A stretch of DNA of 64,000 nucleotides from the IMG/VR virus record IMGVR_UViG_3300025809_001850. The stretch is one strand, 5' to 3'. Made by a program: the position numbers and the translations under genes. Every line of letters begins with the position of its first letter. Within the stretch, counting starts at the first letter, position 1. The notes beneath the pieces were generated by a model. It was not told the origin of the DNA. It did no database searches and was given only the letters and a program-made list of their open reading frames with translations. Shown in pieces: positions 47,180 to 57,173 of this stretch. Source of the DNA: a virus (taxonomy: Duplodnaviria; Caudoviricetes).

Positions 47180-48049
47180 GTGAAAAAGTTAAAACATAGC
47201 AAATATAAGAATACCGGCATCCTGTTTGAATTACTTGTCAGACAAATAACCGCTGATATACTCGATGGCAATGCAGAATCACCTGCAAACAAATTGCTAA
47301 AGAAACATTTTTCTGAAAATACTTCGCTTGGAAAAGAGCAAAGATTATATCAGTTGTTGATAGAAGAATCTACAGGTGATTCGTCAAAAGCAGATACACT
47401 TCTCGGTGTTGTGCTTGATTCCCACAAAAAACTTCTTCAAACGGAACTTGTAAATGCTAGATACGAGTTGGTTAAGGATATTAAAGAATCGTATCCAATA
47501 AATGATTTATTTCGTTCCAAGATAAGAAACTATAAAACATACGCAAGTATTTTTAAATTGTTTGAAAGTCACAATCCAACTATATATTGTGACCCCAAGG
47601 AAATATACGAATCAAAAACAACTGTTCTACAGAATTTATGTTCTCGGGGTTCTGAAAAAAATGAGGTTGTAGATGTCAACGAATATGAAAAACAAAACGA
47701 AGATTTAAGACTAATTGCGTATAAATTGTTGGTCGATAATTTTAATAAAAAATACAGTACCCTTGACGATGCCCAGCAAAAACTTCTTAAAAATTACATA
47801 AATAATATTTCAAATACGAATAGTTTGCGTGAATACATCAACAAGCAGGTTCCTTCAATCAAAAATCAAATCAACGAATACTCAGATTCAATAGAAGATG
47901 ATGTTGTTAAAATAAAGTTAAAAGAAGTAATTTCTCAACTTGACAAAACAACCGAAGGAAAAGTTGTAAAGGATTCTCAAGTATCAACACTTTTAATGAG
48001 TTACGAGTTGATAAAGGAGTTGAAGAAACACGCAAATGAAAAAAAGTAA
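47180..48049 (+). CDS. Hypothetical head-morphogenesis protein
   Basis: KHSKYKNTGILFELLVRQIT; located between portal and protease. Confidence 0.7.
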   Translation: MKKLKHSKYKNTGILFELLVRQITADILDGNAESPANKLLKKHFSENTSLGKEQRLYQLLIEESTGDSSKADTLLGVVLDSHKKLLQTELVNARYELVKDIKESYPINDLFRSKIRNYKTYASIFKLFESHNPTIYCDPKEIYESKTTVLQNLCSRGSEKNEVVDVNEYEKQNEDLRLIAYKLLVDNFNKKYSTLDDAQQKLLKNYINNISNTNSLREYINKQVPSIKNQINEYSDSIEDDVVKIKLKEVISQLDKTTEGKVVKDSQVSTLLMSYELIKELKKHANEKK

Positions 48050-48512
48050 TCTTAAAGACATCATAAGAACAATTCTTCAAGAACTTGAAGAAGAATCTAA
48101 ATTGTCCGAAGTTAATACCACATCAAATGTAGATGGATACGAAACTCCTCATGCATTTAGTGGCAAGGATGAAGATGAACACGCAGAAGACATAAAGTCT
48201 AACGCAGAGGTGTTTGATTACAAGTCCACAGAAAATAAAAAAGCAAACACTATAAAACTAAACGAGGGCAGAAGTTTGTTTCACTTGTTCAGAGATCATC
48301 CTGATTATACACCTGAGCAAAAAGTGGGAGTCGCGGTACGAGAAATAAATAAACTTATGACTGAAGTTGAAAAATTGTTAAAAGTTTCTACACGGTATAA
48401 AGCAGAGGCAAACGTGAACAATAGTAAAATGTGGAAAACGACAAATAGATTTTTATTAAAAATAGACGAAAAGATTAAACGCATTTCTTATAAAATAAAA
48501 GAAATGAAATAG
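48036..48512 (+). CDS. Hypothetical internal head protein candidate
   Basis: MKKSNLKDIIRTILQE leader; LSE and LNE sites. Confidence 0.65.
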   Translation: MKKSNLKDIIRTILQELEEESKLSEVNTTSNVDGYETPHAFSGKDEDEHAEDIKSNAEVFDYKSTENKKANTIKLNEGRSLFHLFRDHPDYTPEQKVGVAVREINKLMTEVEKLLKVSTRYKAEANVNNSKMWKTTNRFLLKIDEKIKRISYKIKEMK

Positions 48513-48521
48513 GAAAATGTT

Positions 48522-48905
48522 ATGAAAAATTGCCAACGATTAGATAATGTAAAAACCAATATGATTCCGTTTGAAGAATCAACAACCAAGTTACTCAAGA
48601 AAAACAAAGCAGCTGTCAAACTTAAAAAAAGCAAGAAAGGTTCGCAACTTGCAAATAAATTGGGGACTGAGTGGACTGCACTCGGAAGTTCGTGTGAGAT
48701 ATCATCAACTAGCAATGAAATAACTTCGTATATTCGTGTTTCTCAAAATCCTAAAAATAACAATTATGAGTTTTCTTTAAGTTTTGATACTACTAAATTA
48801 AAAAACAAATCTTGTTCTAGTTTTGACGAATTAAGACAATCAATAAGTGATACACTTGTTGACGCAGTTAGATCACTTGCTGAGTCTGGTAACAAACTAG
48901 GATAA
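48522..48905 (+). CDS. Hypothetical protein
   Basis: ORF in head cluster with AGGA SD. Confidence 0.6.
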   Translation: MKNCQRLDNVKTNMIPFEESTTKLLKKNKAAVKLKKSKKGSQLANKLGTEWTALGSSCEISSTSNEITSYIRVSQNPKNNNYEFSLSFDTTKLKNKSCSSFDELRQSISDTLVDAVRSLAESGNKLG

Positions 48906-48909
48906 TGAA

Positions 48910-49737
48910 ATGTGTGAGTGTGGATGTGGAAGTTGTGAAGTTGTAGAATCGGAATCCAATGCCGATCCAAGTATAGACAACTATAAATTGGCACTTAAAA
49001 ATCTAGGTGGTGCAATTAAATCTGCACACAAAACGGAAGAAGGAAAAAAACTCTCTGCTGAGTATTGGCTTGATATAGTTAGTTTACTCAAAAAAGCAAA
49101 ACTTGGTGTTTCTATGATGGAACTCGGAATTGATGACGAAGAAGAAATCAAAAACACGCACGATACATCCATTAAAAAAGTAAAACCAACACCAGATGGA
49201 GAAAAAGGTGAAGGTGGTCCACGTGACGGGGAATCATCTGATTCAGATAAATCTACATCCGAAGGTATAATTGAAAAGTCTGCATCAAAATCACAACAAA
49301 GATTGTTTGGTATGGTTCATGCATATAACAAAGGTGATCTTAAAAAAAGTGATGTAGATTCTGATTTGTATGATAAAGTAAAAAAAATTGCAAGTGGGAT
49401 GACAAAAACAGACGCAGAGGATATGGCCAAAACGGATCACTCTGATTTACCTGAAACAATTCCAACTGACGAATTTTACGACACAATGAATCATCTTAAC
49501 ATTTTATTGTCAGAGTATTCATTTGATAAGATAGAAAGTGGTGGGTCACAGGTTAGCATAGATACCAATGATCGCAAATTCACTATAAAGTTTGATGATA
49601 AGTTTTATATGGTTTCTCCGGATTACAACTTTGAACTCGGAAATATATCCGATTTGAATGAAGTTGTAGAGAAATTTGTCAAATTAACAAAACAATCAGA
49701 ATTTTTGTTAAAAACAGAGTATGAAGCATCTGTTTAA
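48910..49737 (+). CDS. Modular head protein with Cys-rich N-terminus and DUF3008-like module
   Basis: MCECGCGSC; IIE|KSASKSQQRLFGMVHAY..KKIASGMTKTDAEDMAKTDHSDLPE. Confidence 0.6.
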   Translation: MCECGCGSCEVVESESNADPSIDNYKLALKNLGGAIKSAHKTEEGKKLSAEYWLDIVSLLKKAKLGVSMMELGIDDEEEIKNTHDTSIKKVKPTPDGEKGEGGPRDGESSDSDKSTSEGIIEKSASKSQQRLFGMVHAYNKGDLKKSDVDSDLYDKVKKIASGMTKTDAEDMAKTDHSDLPETIPTDEFYDTMNHLNILLSEYSFDKIESGGSQVSIDTNDRKFTIKFDDKFYMVSPDYNFELGNISDLNEVVEKFVKLTKQSEFLLKTEYEASV

Positions 49738-49795
49738 TCAGTTTGATTCATTAAACAATAATTAAATTAAGATACGTATATACTTATTTATTGAT

Positions 49796-50425
49796 ATGGC
49801 AAAAAAATTATTAGTATCCACCATGCCCTTTGAATTCAGTCCTGAGCAAATAAGTGAAAGTATTGAAAAAAACTCGGGTAAACTTCTTGTAAGGGGAATT
49901 CTACAAAAAGCAACTGAACAAAATCAAAATGGTCGTGTTTATACACGGTCACTGTTGGAACGAGAGGCGGGCAAATATAACGAACTGATAAATGATAGAC
50001 GTGCACTGGGAGAACTTGATCATCCAGAAAGCAGTGTAGTTAATTTACAGAATGTAAGTCACAATGTTAAAAAGATGTGGTGGGAAGGTGATAGTCTTCT
50101 TGGTGACGTTGAAGTTTTAGGAACTCCGTCTGGTAATATTTTAAAAGAATTGTTTAAGGCTGGTATCACACTTGGTATAAGTTCAAGGGGAATGGGAACT
50201 ACTCGTGAAAGTGAAGGAAAAACTATGGTCAATGATGATTTTGAATTGGTGGCATTTGATTTTGTTAGCAATCCATCAACCAGAGGTGCTTTTTTAGAAC
50301 CTGTGAATTTAAACGAATCAGTTTCACCTGAACTTAAAGTCATAACCGAAGACCGAGTGTGTACCAAATATTGTAAACTTGAGGGAATCGTACATGAAAT
50401 ACTCGGAGAGATTGGAGAAATGTAA
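49796..50425 (+). CDS. gp21: Prohead core protease (T4 gp21-like)
   Basis: GILQKATEQNQNGRVY, ALGELDHP, LGISSRGMG, FDFVSNPST; TTATTTAT variant 4 nt upstream. Confidence 0.95.
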   Translation: MAKKLLVSTMPFEFSPEQISESIEKNSGKLLVRGILQKATEQNQNGRVYTRSLLEREAGKYNELINDRRALGELDHPESSVVNLQNVSHNVKKMWWEGDSLLGDVEVLGTPSGNILKELFKAGITLGISSRGMGTTRESEGKTMVNDDFELVAFDFVSNPSTRGAFLEPVNLNESVSPELKVITEDRVCTKYCKLEGIVHEILGEIGEM

Positions 50426-50886
50426 TGAATAAAGAAATCTCTAAATTAATCAAGTCTACGATTTTAGAAGTTCTCAAAGAAGAACGAACTAAACAAATCA
50501 ATGAATTTAATCCAAAAACAGGTAGGTTTGAAGACGAAGGTTTGTCAGCTGACCAAAAAAAGTTAACATCTGAGAAAATTTCTAAGTTCGGAAATTATCA
50601 GTCATATATCACTCACGAAGCAAAAGATACGGACATAGCAGAAGATATATGTAATATCGTTGAAAATGCATCTAAGTATATTCTCAATGAAACAGATGAT
50701 TGGTTTGATGCAATGAGTGTAAAACGTAATCTAAAAGAAATCAAAACTCTTGCTAAAGAATTTCACAAAACTGCAAACGAAAGACAAGTATACACACAGC
50801 GTATGCAAAGTTTGTATGAAGATATGGGTAATATCTTAAACAGATATTTTGAAATAAACGGAGAAACTACCAATGAACAAACGTGA
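50425..50886 (+). CDS. Hypothetical head protein
   Basis: MNKEISKLIKSTILE leader. Confidence 0.7.
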   Translation: MNKEISKLIKSTILEVLKEERTKQINEFNPKTGRFEDEGLSADQKKLTSEKISKFGNYQSYITHEAKDTDIAEDICNIVENASKYILNETDDWFDAMSVKRNLKEIKTLAKEFHKTANERQVYTQRMQSLYEDMGNILNRYFEINGETTNEQT

Positions 50887-51601
50887 ACTTAAAAACTATA
50901 TAACGAAAGTATTGCTTGAGAAGTTAGAACAAACTCCGGTGGTTTTCGGTAAACTTGTAAAGAAAACAATTAGTTTCAGTGGAATACAACGTGAAATTGT
51001 CTGCGAAGGCAATGTTACAGATGCAAACGAATACGCAACACAAAACAAATTAACATTTACATCAGAAGAAACTGCACACTTCGGAGGTCACTTTAATAAC
51101 GAAATGACTTCATATGAATTCCACCCAAATCCAGAGTTCTACGGAGAACTCATGGAAACGTCTATGTCTGCACGTGAACAACTTGCACGTATATGTGGAA
51201 CGAACGACCAAGTACTAACTGAGGTACACGTACAAAACGCAGAAACTCTGGTTAACTTTGTTTGTACAAACGAGTTATTTCGTGAAGAACGAACAAACAT
51301 GGTGTTTGAGCAAATCAATAGTAGTATAAAAGGTTGTTTGTATGACAAAACTCAATTTACAAAATTATTTGAATATCTAGTAAAACAATCGTGTATATCA
51401 TATACAGAAGATAAAATAGAATTATCTGAATCTGAATTTGAGTATGCGACTACACTTCTTTCCAAACGTTTTTTTGAGAATCAAGAAGAACTAGAAGAAC
51501 TAGAAGAAGATAAAACCAAGTGTGGAAAAAAATCATTTAAAACAGGTAGTGCATTTGAAAATATGCAAAGAATAAAATCAGGTCACCAAATGTTCCTATA
51601 A
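50873..51601 (+). CDS. Hypothetical head protein
   Basis: MNKRELKNYITKVLLE leader. Confidence 0.7.
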   Translation: MNKRELKNYITKVLLEKLEQTPVVFGKLVKKTISFSGIQREIVCEGNVTDANEYATQNKLTFTSEETAHFGGHFNNEMTSYEFHPNPEFYGELMETSMSAREQLARICGTNDQVLTEVHVQNAETLVNFVCTNELFREERTNMVFEQINSSIKGCLYDKTQFTKLFEYLVKQSCISYTEDKIELSESEFEYATTLLSKRFFENQEELEELEEDKTKCGKKSFKTGSAFENMQRIKSGHQMFL

Positions 51602-51613
51602 GGAAATATAATT

Positions 51614-52336
51614 ATGAAAATTACAAAAAAAGAACTAAGAGAAGTTATCCAAGAAGTCGCAGAAGAACTTGGACTATTTGAAGGCTTAACAGCCGCACAA
51701 GAAAAATTACCAGAACCTTTGAAAAAAGCAATTCTTAAAAAGCAAGGTAATTCCGATTCATCTGATGATGAAACAGAAGATGTTGAAGAGGGATTAACAG
51801 CCGCACAAGAAAAATTACCAGAACCTTTAAAAAAAGCAATTCTTAAAAAGCAAGGTAATACTGAAGAATCGGATGATGATTCGGAAGAAGAGTCAATTGA
51901 AGAAGGCAATGCTTTCGGTGCGGCCGTAAAAGCTGCTCGTGAAAACGGAGACAAAGAGTTTGAAGTTGCGGGTAAGAAATACAAACTAAAAGAAAAGAAA
52001 GAAATTACCGAACAAGAAGACACCGAAGAATTTACAGGTGAAGACGAAGACGATGTAGAAGAAGGTAACGCATTTGGTGCAGCTGTAAAAAAAGCAAAAG
52101 AAGACGGAGACACAGAATTTCAAGTTGACGGAAAAACTTACAAGGTAAGTGAAGACTGGTCTAAAATAAAAGAAGTCTCTGATTGTTCGTATGAAGAAGA
52201 CGATGAAGACATCGAAGAAACGGTAGATGCAGAATTCGAAGTTGGTGGCAAAACATACAAGGTTCGTGAAAACTGGACCAAGATAACCCTTGCCGAAAAA
52301 CTAGACAGAATACTCGGAAATCGCAAAATTTTGTAA
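51614..52336 (+). CDS. Acidic repeat-containing internal head/core protein
   Basis: 2x EGLTAAQEKLPEPLKKAILKKQGN, 2x EEGNAFGAAVK..GDxEFxVxGKxYK plus one partial copy. Confidence 0.75.
   Translation: MKITKKELREVIQEVAEELGLFEGLTAAQEKLPEPLKKAILKKQGNSDSSDDETEDVEEGLTAAQEKLPEPLKKAILKKQGNTEESDDDSEEESIEEGNAFGAAVKAARENGDKEFEVAGKKYKLKEKKEITEQEDTEEFTGEDEDDVEEGNAFGAAVKKAKEDGDTEFQVDGKTYKVSEDWSKIKEVSDCSYEEDDEDIEETVDAEFEVGGKTYKVRENWTKITLAEKLDRILGNRKIL
51680..51859 (+). repeat. Near-identical 72-nt direct repeat within the internal head protein gene
   Basis: ...ttaacagccgcacaagaaaaattaccagaaccttt(g/a)aaaaaagcaattcttaaaaagcaaggtaat occurs twice. Confidence 0.9.
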
Positions 52337-52365
52337 AATAAATCAACAAAAACAACTTAAAACAC

Positions 52366-52394
52366 AAAAAAAGAGAAGAATCTTCTCTTTTTTT
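52366..52394. terminator. Bidirectional-type intrinsic terminator
   Basis: Perfect 14-bp inverted repeat AAAAAAAGAGAAGA-a-TCTTCTCTTTTTTT. Confidence 0.8.
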
Positions 52395-52426
52395 ATAAAT
52401 TTTTATATATTTTCGGATATAAGTAT

Positions 52427-52434
52427 ATATTTAT
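52427..52434 (+). promoter_or_regulatory. Putative late promoter of scaffold/capsid operon
   Basis: ATATTTAT just after the terminator; about 107-nt leader to ATG 52542. Confidence 0.65.
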
Positions 52435-52541
52435 TAATCAAAATGTTTTCACTTTATTGAAAACCAAGTTTAAGGTTTTAATTATTTGAAGTCCTATTAA
52501 AATGACTTTATCAAACTAAACACAAAAAAGGATAATTAACC

Positions 52542-53810
52542 ATGAGTAAATTACTAAAAGAAGCTATTGCAGATGCGAAAGCAGTTCGTGAAACAGCTCT
52601 TGCAAATGCAAGACTTGCCCTCGAAGAAGCTTTCGCACCACGTTTGCAAAGTATGCTTACAAAAAAACTCAAGGAAGAAGAATTAGAAGACGAAGAATCA
52701 GAAGTTGAAGTTTCTGATGAAGTTGAAGAAGGTTCTTACTCCGAAGAGGACGAAGAAGTCGCAGTTGAAGACGATGAAATAGAAGTTGCCGATGAAGCAC
52801 CAGTTGAAGAACCGGCTGCTGAAGAAGCACCTGCTGAAGAAGCACCTGCTGAAGACGAAATTGACGTTGAACCAGAAGTCGAAGGTGACTATTCTGAAGA
52901 AGACGAAGATGCAGTTGAAGAAGATGCGTTCGATTTAGATTCCATCATCAAGGAACTTGAAGATGAAATGGCAGTCGAAGACGATGAAGAAGAGTTGGAA
53001 GAACAATCCGACTCATCTGAATTAGGCACAGGTGGAGAAGAACACGTAAACGTTGCTGATAGTGACGATGAAGAACTTCCTGCTGAAACTGAAACTGTTG
53101 CTGGTGATCCAGGAACTGAAGGCGAAGAAGAAAAAGTTGCTGATATTGACGAAGATATTGATATTGAAATCGTAGAAGAATCCGAAGAAGAATCCGAAGA
53201 AGAATCCGAAGAAGATTCTGACGAAGATTCTGACGAAGATTCTGACGAAGTTGAATCAATTGACGAGTCTGAAGAAGATGAATCTGAAGAAGATGATGAA
53301 GAAATCAACTTAGAAGAAATCCTCAAGGAACTTGAAGACGAGTCGGCAGACGTGGAATCTGAAGAAGACGAGTCCTCTGAAGAACTAGCAGAACTTAAAA
53401 CTGCAAATACTAAACTTCAACAAGAAAATGATGAATACCGCAAAGTTTACAAATTTTTGCGAGGTAAGTTAAATGAAGTTAATCTTCTTAATGCAAAATT
53501 GCTTTACACAAATAAGTTGTTTAAGGCACACGTATTAAATGAAGATCAAAAACTAAAGGTTGTAGAAAGTTTTGACCTTACGAAGAATGTTCGTGAAGCA
53601 AAATTAGTATATGCCACACTTGGAGAGAGTTTCAGAACTCAAACACCAGAAGTAAAGGTAAAATCAAAACCTGTAAAGGCTGAGAAAAACCCTTTGACTG
53701 AAGGAATTGCATCCAAGGCAATCAAATCAACAAAACCTTCCAAGAAGATTTTATCTGAGGGCAACGAACTTGCTAACAGATTCAAGAAACTTGCAGGTAT
53801 AAAATCATAA
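52542..53810 (+). CDS. Prohead scaffolding protein (gp22 analogue)
   Basis: LLKEAIADAKAVRETALANARLALEEAF; very acidic middle with 12- and 15-nt tandem repeats; LNEVNLLNAKLLY; directly before MCP. Confidence 0.85.
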   Translation: MSKLLKEAIADAKAVRETALANARLALEEAFAPRLQSMLTKKLKEEELEDEESEVEVSDEVEEGSYSEEDEEVAVEDDEIEVADEAPVEEPAAEEAPAEEAPAEDEIDVEPEVEGDYSEEDEDAVEEDAFDLDSIIKELEDEMAVEDDEEELEEQSDSSELGTGGEEHVNVADSDDEELPAETETVAGDPGTEGEEEKVADIDEDIDIEIVEESEEESEEESEEDSDEDSDEDSDEVESIDESEEDESEEDDEEINLEEILKELEDESADVESEEDESSEELAELKTANTKLQQENDEYRKVYKFLRGKLNEVNLLNAKLLYTNKLFKAHVLNEDQKLKVVESFDLTKNVREAKLVYATLGESFRTQTPEVKVKSKPVKAEKNPLTEGIASKAIKSTKPSKKILSEGNELANRFKKLAGIKS

Positions 53811-53843
53811 CAAAAACAAAATCTAATATATAGGAAAATTATA

Positions 53844-55268
53844 ATGAGTGAAATAGGCAAATTATTAAAAGAAAGTCAGAATCCTCAAGAACGTCTTATG
53901 TCCGAAACCCGTGGTTTAGTAACTAAATGGGAAAAGACAGGACTTCTCGAAGGAATTTCTACTGACACAGAAAAGAGTGGTATGTCCATTCTTTTAGAAA
54001 ATCAAGCAAAGCAGTTGATCGATGAATCATCACGCACCGGTACAGGTGGAGGCAACGAAGAGTGGAGTGGAGTAGCACTTCCTTTAGTACGTCGTGTGTT
54101 CGCAGAAATCGCATCAAAGGAATTCGTTTCCGTTCAACCAATGAATCTTCCCTCCGGATTGATCTTTTACTTAGACTTTAAGTATGGAACAGGTCAATCA
54201 CTTCAAGGTGGTGGAAGTCTTTTCGGTGGATCATCAGACGCAAAACTCGGTTCAACCGATGAAGCAACAGGTGGTCTTTACGGAGCAGGTCGTCACGGTT
54301 ACTCACTCAATGACAAGCAAATCGCTGTCGAGGTAGGTGCGGCTATCCCAGCTGATGCAGACTTAGAAGGTGTTCGTGCGTTTAAAGTTGTTGCAGCTGA
54401 CGGAAGTGAATCTCAACTTGACGGTGAAAACAAAGCAATCGCAGCCGGAACATTACATTACCATGCGGCTACAACCGCAGAAAATCGTGGTGATTTTGAA
54501 GACAATCTTGGTAATTCCGAAGACGCAGCTGACACAGGAATTCAAAAAGATGTCGGTATCCCCGAAGTTAACTTGGAACTCAAAAGTGAACCAATCGTTG
54601 CAAAGACACGTAAGTTGAAAGCAGTTTGGACACCCGAGTTGGCACAAGACCTTAACGCATATCATAGTATTGATGCAGAAGCAGAATTGACTTCTCTTCT
54701 TTCCGAGTACGTTTCAATGGAAATTGATTTGGAAATTCTCGATATGCTTATCGTTAACGCACATACTGTAGGTACTGAATTTGATGCGACTACTGCTCTT
54801 ACGGGTGGTGAGACTCAAGGAACATTGTTCCAGAAACTCGGCACAAGTATTCAAAAGGTGAGTAACACAATTCATCAATTGACACTTCGTGGTGGTGCAA
54901 ACTTCTTGGTTTGTTCTCCAACGGTTGCTACAATTCTTGAAAGTATCCCAGGATACGCAGCTGACACAGACGGAAATCAGTCTCAGTTCGCAATGGGTGT
55001 TACTAAAGTAGGTGCGTTAAACAATCGTTTCCAGGTTTACAAGAATCCATACATGACGAGTGGTGACATTCTCATCGGATTCCGTGGAACAAACTTCCTC
55101 GAAACTGGTGCAGTTTATGCTCCGTACATTCCGTTAATCCAAACTCCATTGGTATACGATCCGGTCAACTTTACTCCACGTCGTGGTGTAATGACCCGTT
55201 ATGCCAAGAAGATGGTTCGTCCTGAATTCTACGGTAAACTTACCGTTAAGAATGCAGAGAATCTGTAA
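53844..55268 (+). CDS. gp23: Major capsid protein (T4 gp23-like)
   Basis: LPLVRRVF..VSVQPMNLPSGLIFYL, AKTRKLKAVWTPELAQDL.AYH.IDAEAEL, YAPYIPL, PRRGVMTRY. Confidence 0.97.
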   Translation: MSEIGKLLKESQNPQERLMSETRGLVTKWEKTGLLEGISTDTEKSGMSILLENQAKQLIDESSRTGTGGGNEEWSGVALPLVRRVFAEIASKEFVSVQPMNLPSGLIFYLDFKYGTGQSLQGGGSLFGGSSDAKLGSTDEATGGLYGAGRHGYSLNDKQIAVEVGAAIPADADLEGVRAFKVVAADGSESQLDGENKAIAAGTLHYHAATTAENRGDFEDNLGNSEDAADTGIQKDVGIPEVNLELKSEPIVAKTRKLKAVWTPELAQDLNAYHSIDAEAELTSLLSEYVSMEIDLEILDMLIVNAHTVGTEFDATTALTGGETQGTLFQKLGTSIQKVSNTIHQLTLRGGANFLVCSPTVATILESIPGYAADTDGNQSQFAMGVTKVGALNNRFQVYKNPYMTSGDILIGFRGTNFLETGAVYAPYIPLIQTPLVYDPVNFTPRRGVMTRYAKKMVRPEFYGKLTVKNAENL

Positions 55269-55293
55269 TTCTGATCGGAATAACACAAAATTT

Positions 55294-55321
55294 AAGAGGG
55301 GTTCGTTTGAACCCCTCTTTT
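55294..55321 (+). terminator. Rho-independent terminator after MCP
   Basis: AAGAGGGGTTC-gttt-GAACCCCTCTT followed by T. Confidence 0.9.
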
Positions 55322-55348
55322 ATTTATAACGATTACCATAAGTAATGT

Positions 55349-55356
55349 ATATTTAT
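55349..55356 (+). promoter_or_regulatory. Putative late promoter ATATTTAT
   Basis: 4 nt before ATG 55361. Confidence 0.7.
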
Positions 55357-55360
55357 AGAC

Positions 55361-56707
55361 ATGGACGACAATGACAACGTAGAAGAGAATACAGAACTAG
55401 AAAGAATCAGGTGGGAGGGTGTTGTTACATCACCTGTAGGAAAAACACCGTTTGGATTCTTCGACGCAGATCCAGCGTTCGTTGAATTTGCTCCAAGGGC
55501 AGCTGATTGGGCAGCTAAAAGATTAGGTTATCCAATTGTAGATGTAGAAATGATCGATGTTCAATTTTATACTTGCTTTGAAGAAGCAGTAACCGAATAC
55601 AGTGCACAAATAAATCAATTTTCAATCAAGCAAAATTTATATAGTTTAAAAGGAACTTCGACTAGTGTAAATCTAACAACGTCAGTTTTACGCACACAAC
55701 CACTTCCATTTTATTTAAAATTGTCAGAGGCATACGGAGCAGAGGTTGGTGTGGGTGGTAATGTTGACTGGAGAAAACAAAGTTTAAGTGTAAAGGCGGG
55801 AGTTCAAACCTATGATTTACAAGGATTGTTTAATCAATACTATATTGATCCAAAAACAGGTGAAAAGAAAATTGAAAGAATTGAAGTTAAACGAATATTT
55901 CACCATCCACCACCTGCATTAAATAAAATATACGATCCAATGTCAAACTCGGGTATGTCTGTTTCTAATATGTTAAGTGAGTTTGGTTGGAGTGGTATGT
56001 CTCCGGTAGGTACTCAATTTTTGCTCAGGCCGGTAAATGAAGACTTGATGAGATTGCAAGCAATTGAGTTCAACGAACAGATACGAAGAAGTGCGTATGG
56101 ATTTGAGTTGGTAAATAACAAACTAACTGTATTTCCAATACCAACAAAAGATTTCACACTATGGTTTGATTATATATTCAAACGAGAACGAGATATCGCA
56201 GCTGTACAAGGATATGTTGATGCAGATGAATTCAATACAATGCCAAAGACTCAGACACAAGTGACTGAGGAAACTACTCAACAAGTTGTAGCAGATAACA
56301 CACAAACAGGATTACCACCCGAGTCGACCAGGCCTTCACGTCAATTGGCATCATCACCTGACTCAATAACCGACGTTAGTAATGCACCTTATGAATTTCA
56401 TAGTTTTTCTGCTATAAACGATGTTGGTAAACGATGGATAATGAAATATTATCTATCAACTTGTAAAGAATTACTCGGTGCGATCCGTGCAAAATATCAA
56501 AGTATTCCGATACCTGGTGGAGAAACATCACTAGATGGTGACGCACTAAGAGCAGAAGCACAAACAGAAAAAGAACAACTGATAACTGAACTTCGAGAAG
56601 ATTTGGAAGTAACAAGCAAAAGCACTACAAGTGAACAACTAAATCAGGTATCTGATAACTTGCAAGAAAACCTTAAAAAAGTTCCAAACTTTTTATACAT
56701 AGGATAA
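55361..56707 (+). CDS. Neck/head-adaptor protein (gp13-like)
   Basis: KRLGYPIVDVEM, WIMKYYLSTCKELLG..R.KY..IP.PGG..LDG.ALRAEA. Confidence 0.8.
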   Translation: MDDNDNVEENTELERIRWEGVVTSPVGKTPFGFFDADPAFVEFAPRAADWAAKRLGYPIVDVEMIDVQFYTCFEEAVTEYSAQINQFSIKQNLYSLKGTSTSVNLTTSVLRTQPLPFYLKLSEAYGAEVGVGGNVDWRKQSLSVKAGVQTYDLQGLFNQYYIDPKTGEKKIERIEVKRIFHHPPPALNKIYDPMSNSGMSVSNMLSEFGWSGMSPVGTQFLLRPVNEDLMRLQAIEFNEQIRRSAYGFELVNNKLTVFPIPTKDFTLWFDYIFKRERDIAAVQGYVDADEFNTMPKTQTQVTEETTQQVVADNTQTGLPPESTRPSRQLASSPDSITDVSNAPYEFHSFSAINDVGKRWIMKYYLSTCKELLGAIRAKYQSIPIPGGETSLDGDALRAEAQTEKEQLITELREDLEVTSKSTTSEQLNQVSDNLQENLKKVPNFLYIG

Positions 56708-56711
56708 CCCA

Positions 56712-57173
56712 ATGTCACGAGGAAGATATTTCACACGAAGAGATGTCCGACTGATGAACAGTTTGAATGGAGAACTTCTTACTGACATTGTAGAACAGAA
56801 GGTTATTGTGTATAAAATTAGTCCTGATGAAACTGAATCAAATATTTATGGGGAAAGTTTAGATAAAGTTTATTATCCTGGTATAGAAATAAGTTGCTTA
56901 GTTGAAACTGATCCACAAAGTACATTGTACGAAGGGTTCGGACCAGATGTTAAAAAAGGAACATTGTTTAGATTTCACCAAAAATTATGCGAGCTAAAGG
57001 AATTGTATCCACAAATTTCTGATATAGTTGAATGGGAAAATGCTCATTTTGAAATAAGTAATGTGGTTGAAAATCAATTTCTCGGTGGCCAGCCAGAAAA
57101 AAATTATAGTCTCGTGTGCAATGCTCACATGAGTAGAAAAAGTCGATTAAATATTTTGGATAGAGAAGTGTAA
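56712..57173 (+). CDS. Neck/head-closure protein (gp14-like)
   Basis: SNIYGES, LYPQISDIVEWENAHFEI; position after gp13-like gene. Confidence 0.65.
   Translation: MSRGRYFTRRDVRLMNSLNGELLTDIVEQKVIVYKISPDETESNIYGESLDKVYYPGIEISCLVETDPQSTLYEGFGPDVKKGTLFRFHQKLCELKELYPQISDIVEWENAHFEISNVVENQFLGGQPEKNYSLVCNAHMSRKSRLNILDREV

Noticed and set aside
52889-53326. Ser-rich minus-strand ORFs here and opposite other genes (e.g. 51583..52113, 24827..25438, 6253..6585)
   Set aside because: Antisense shadows of Glu/Asp- or Gly-rich plus-strand genes; no supporting promoter, SD or motif.
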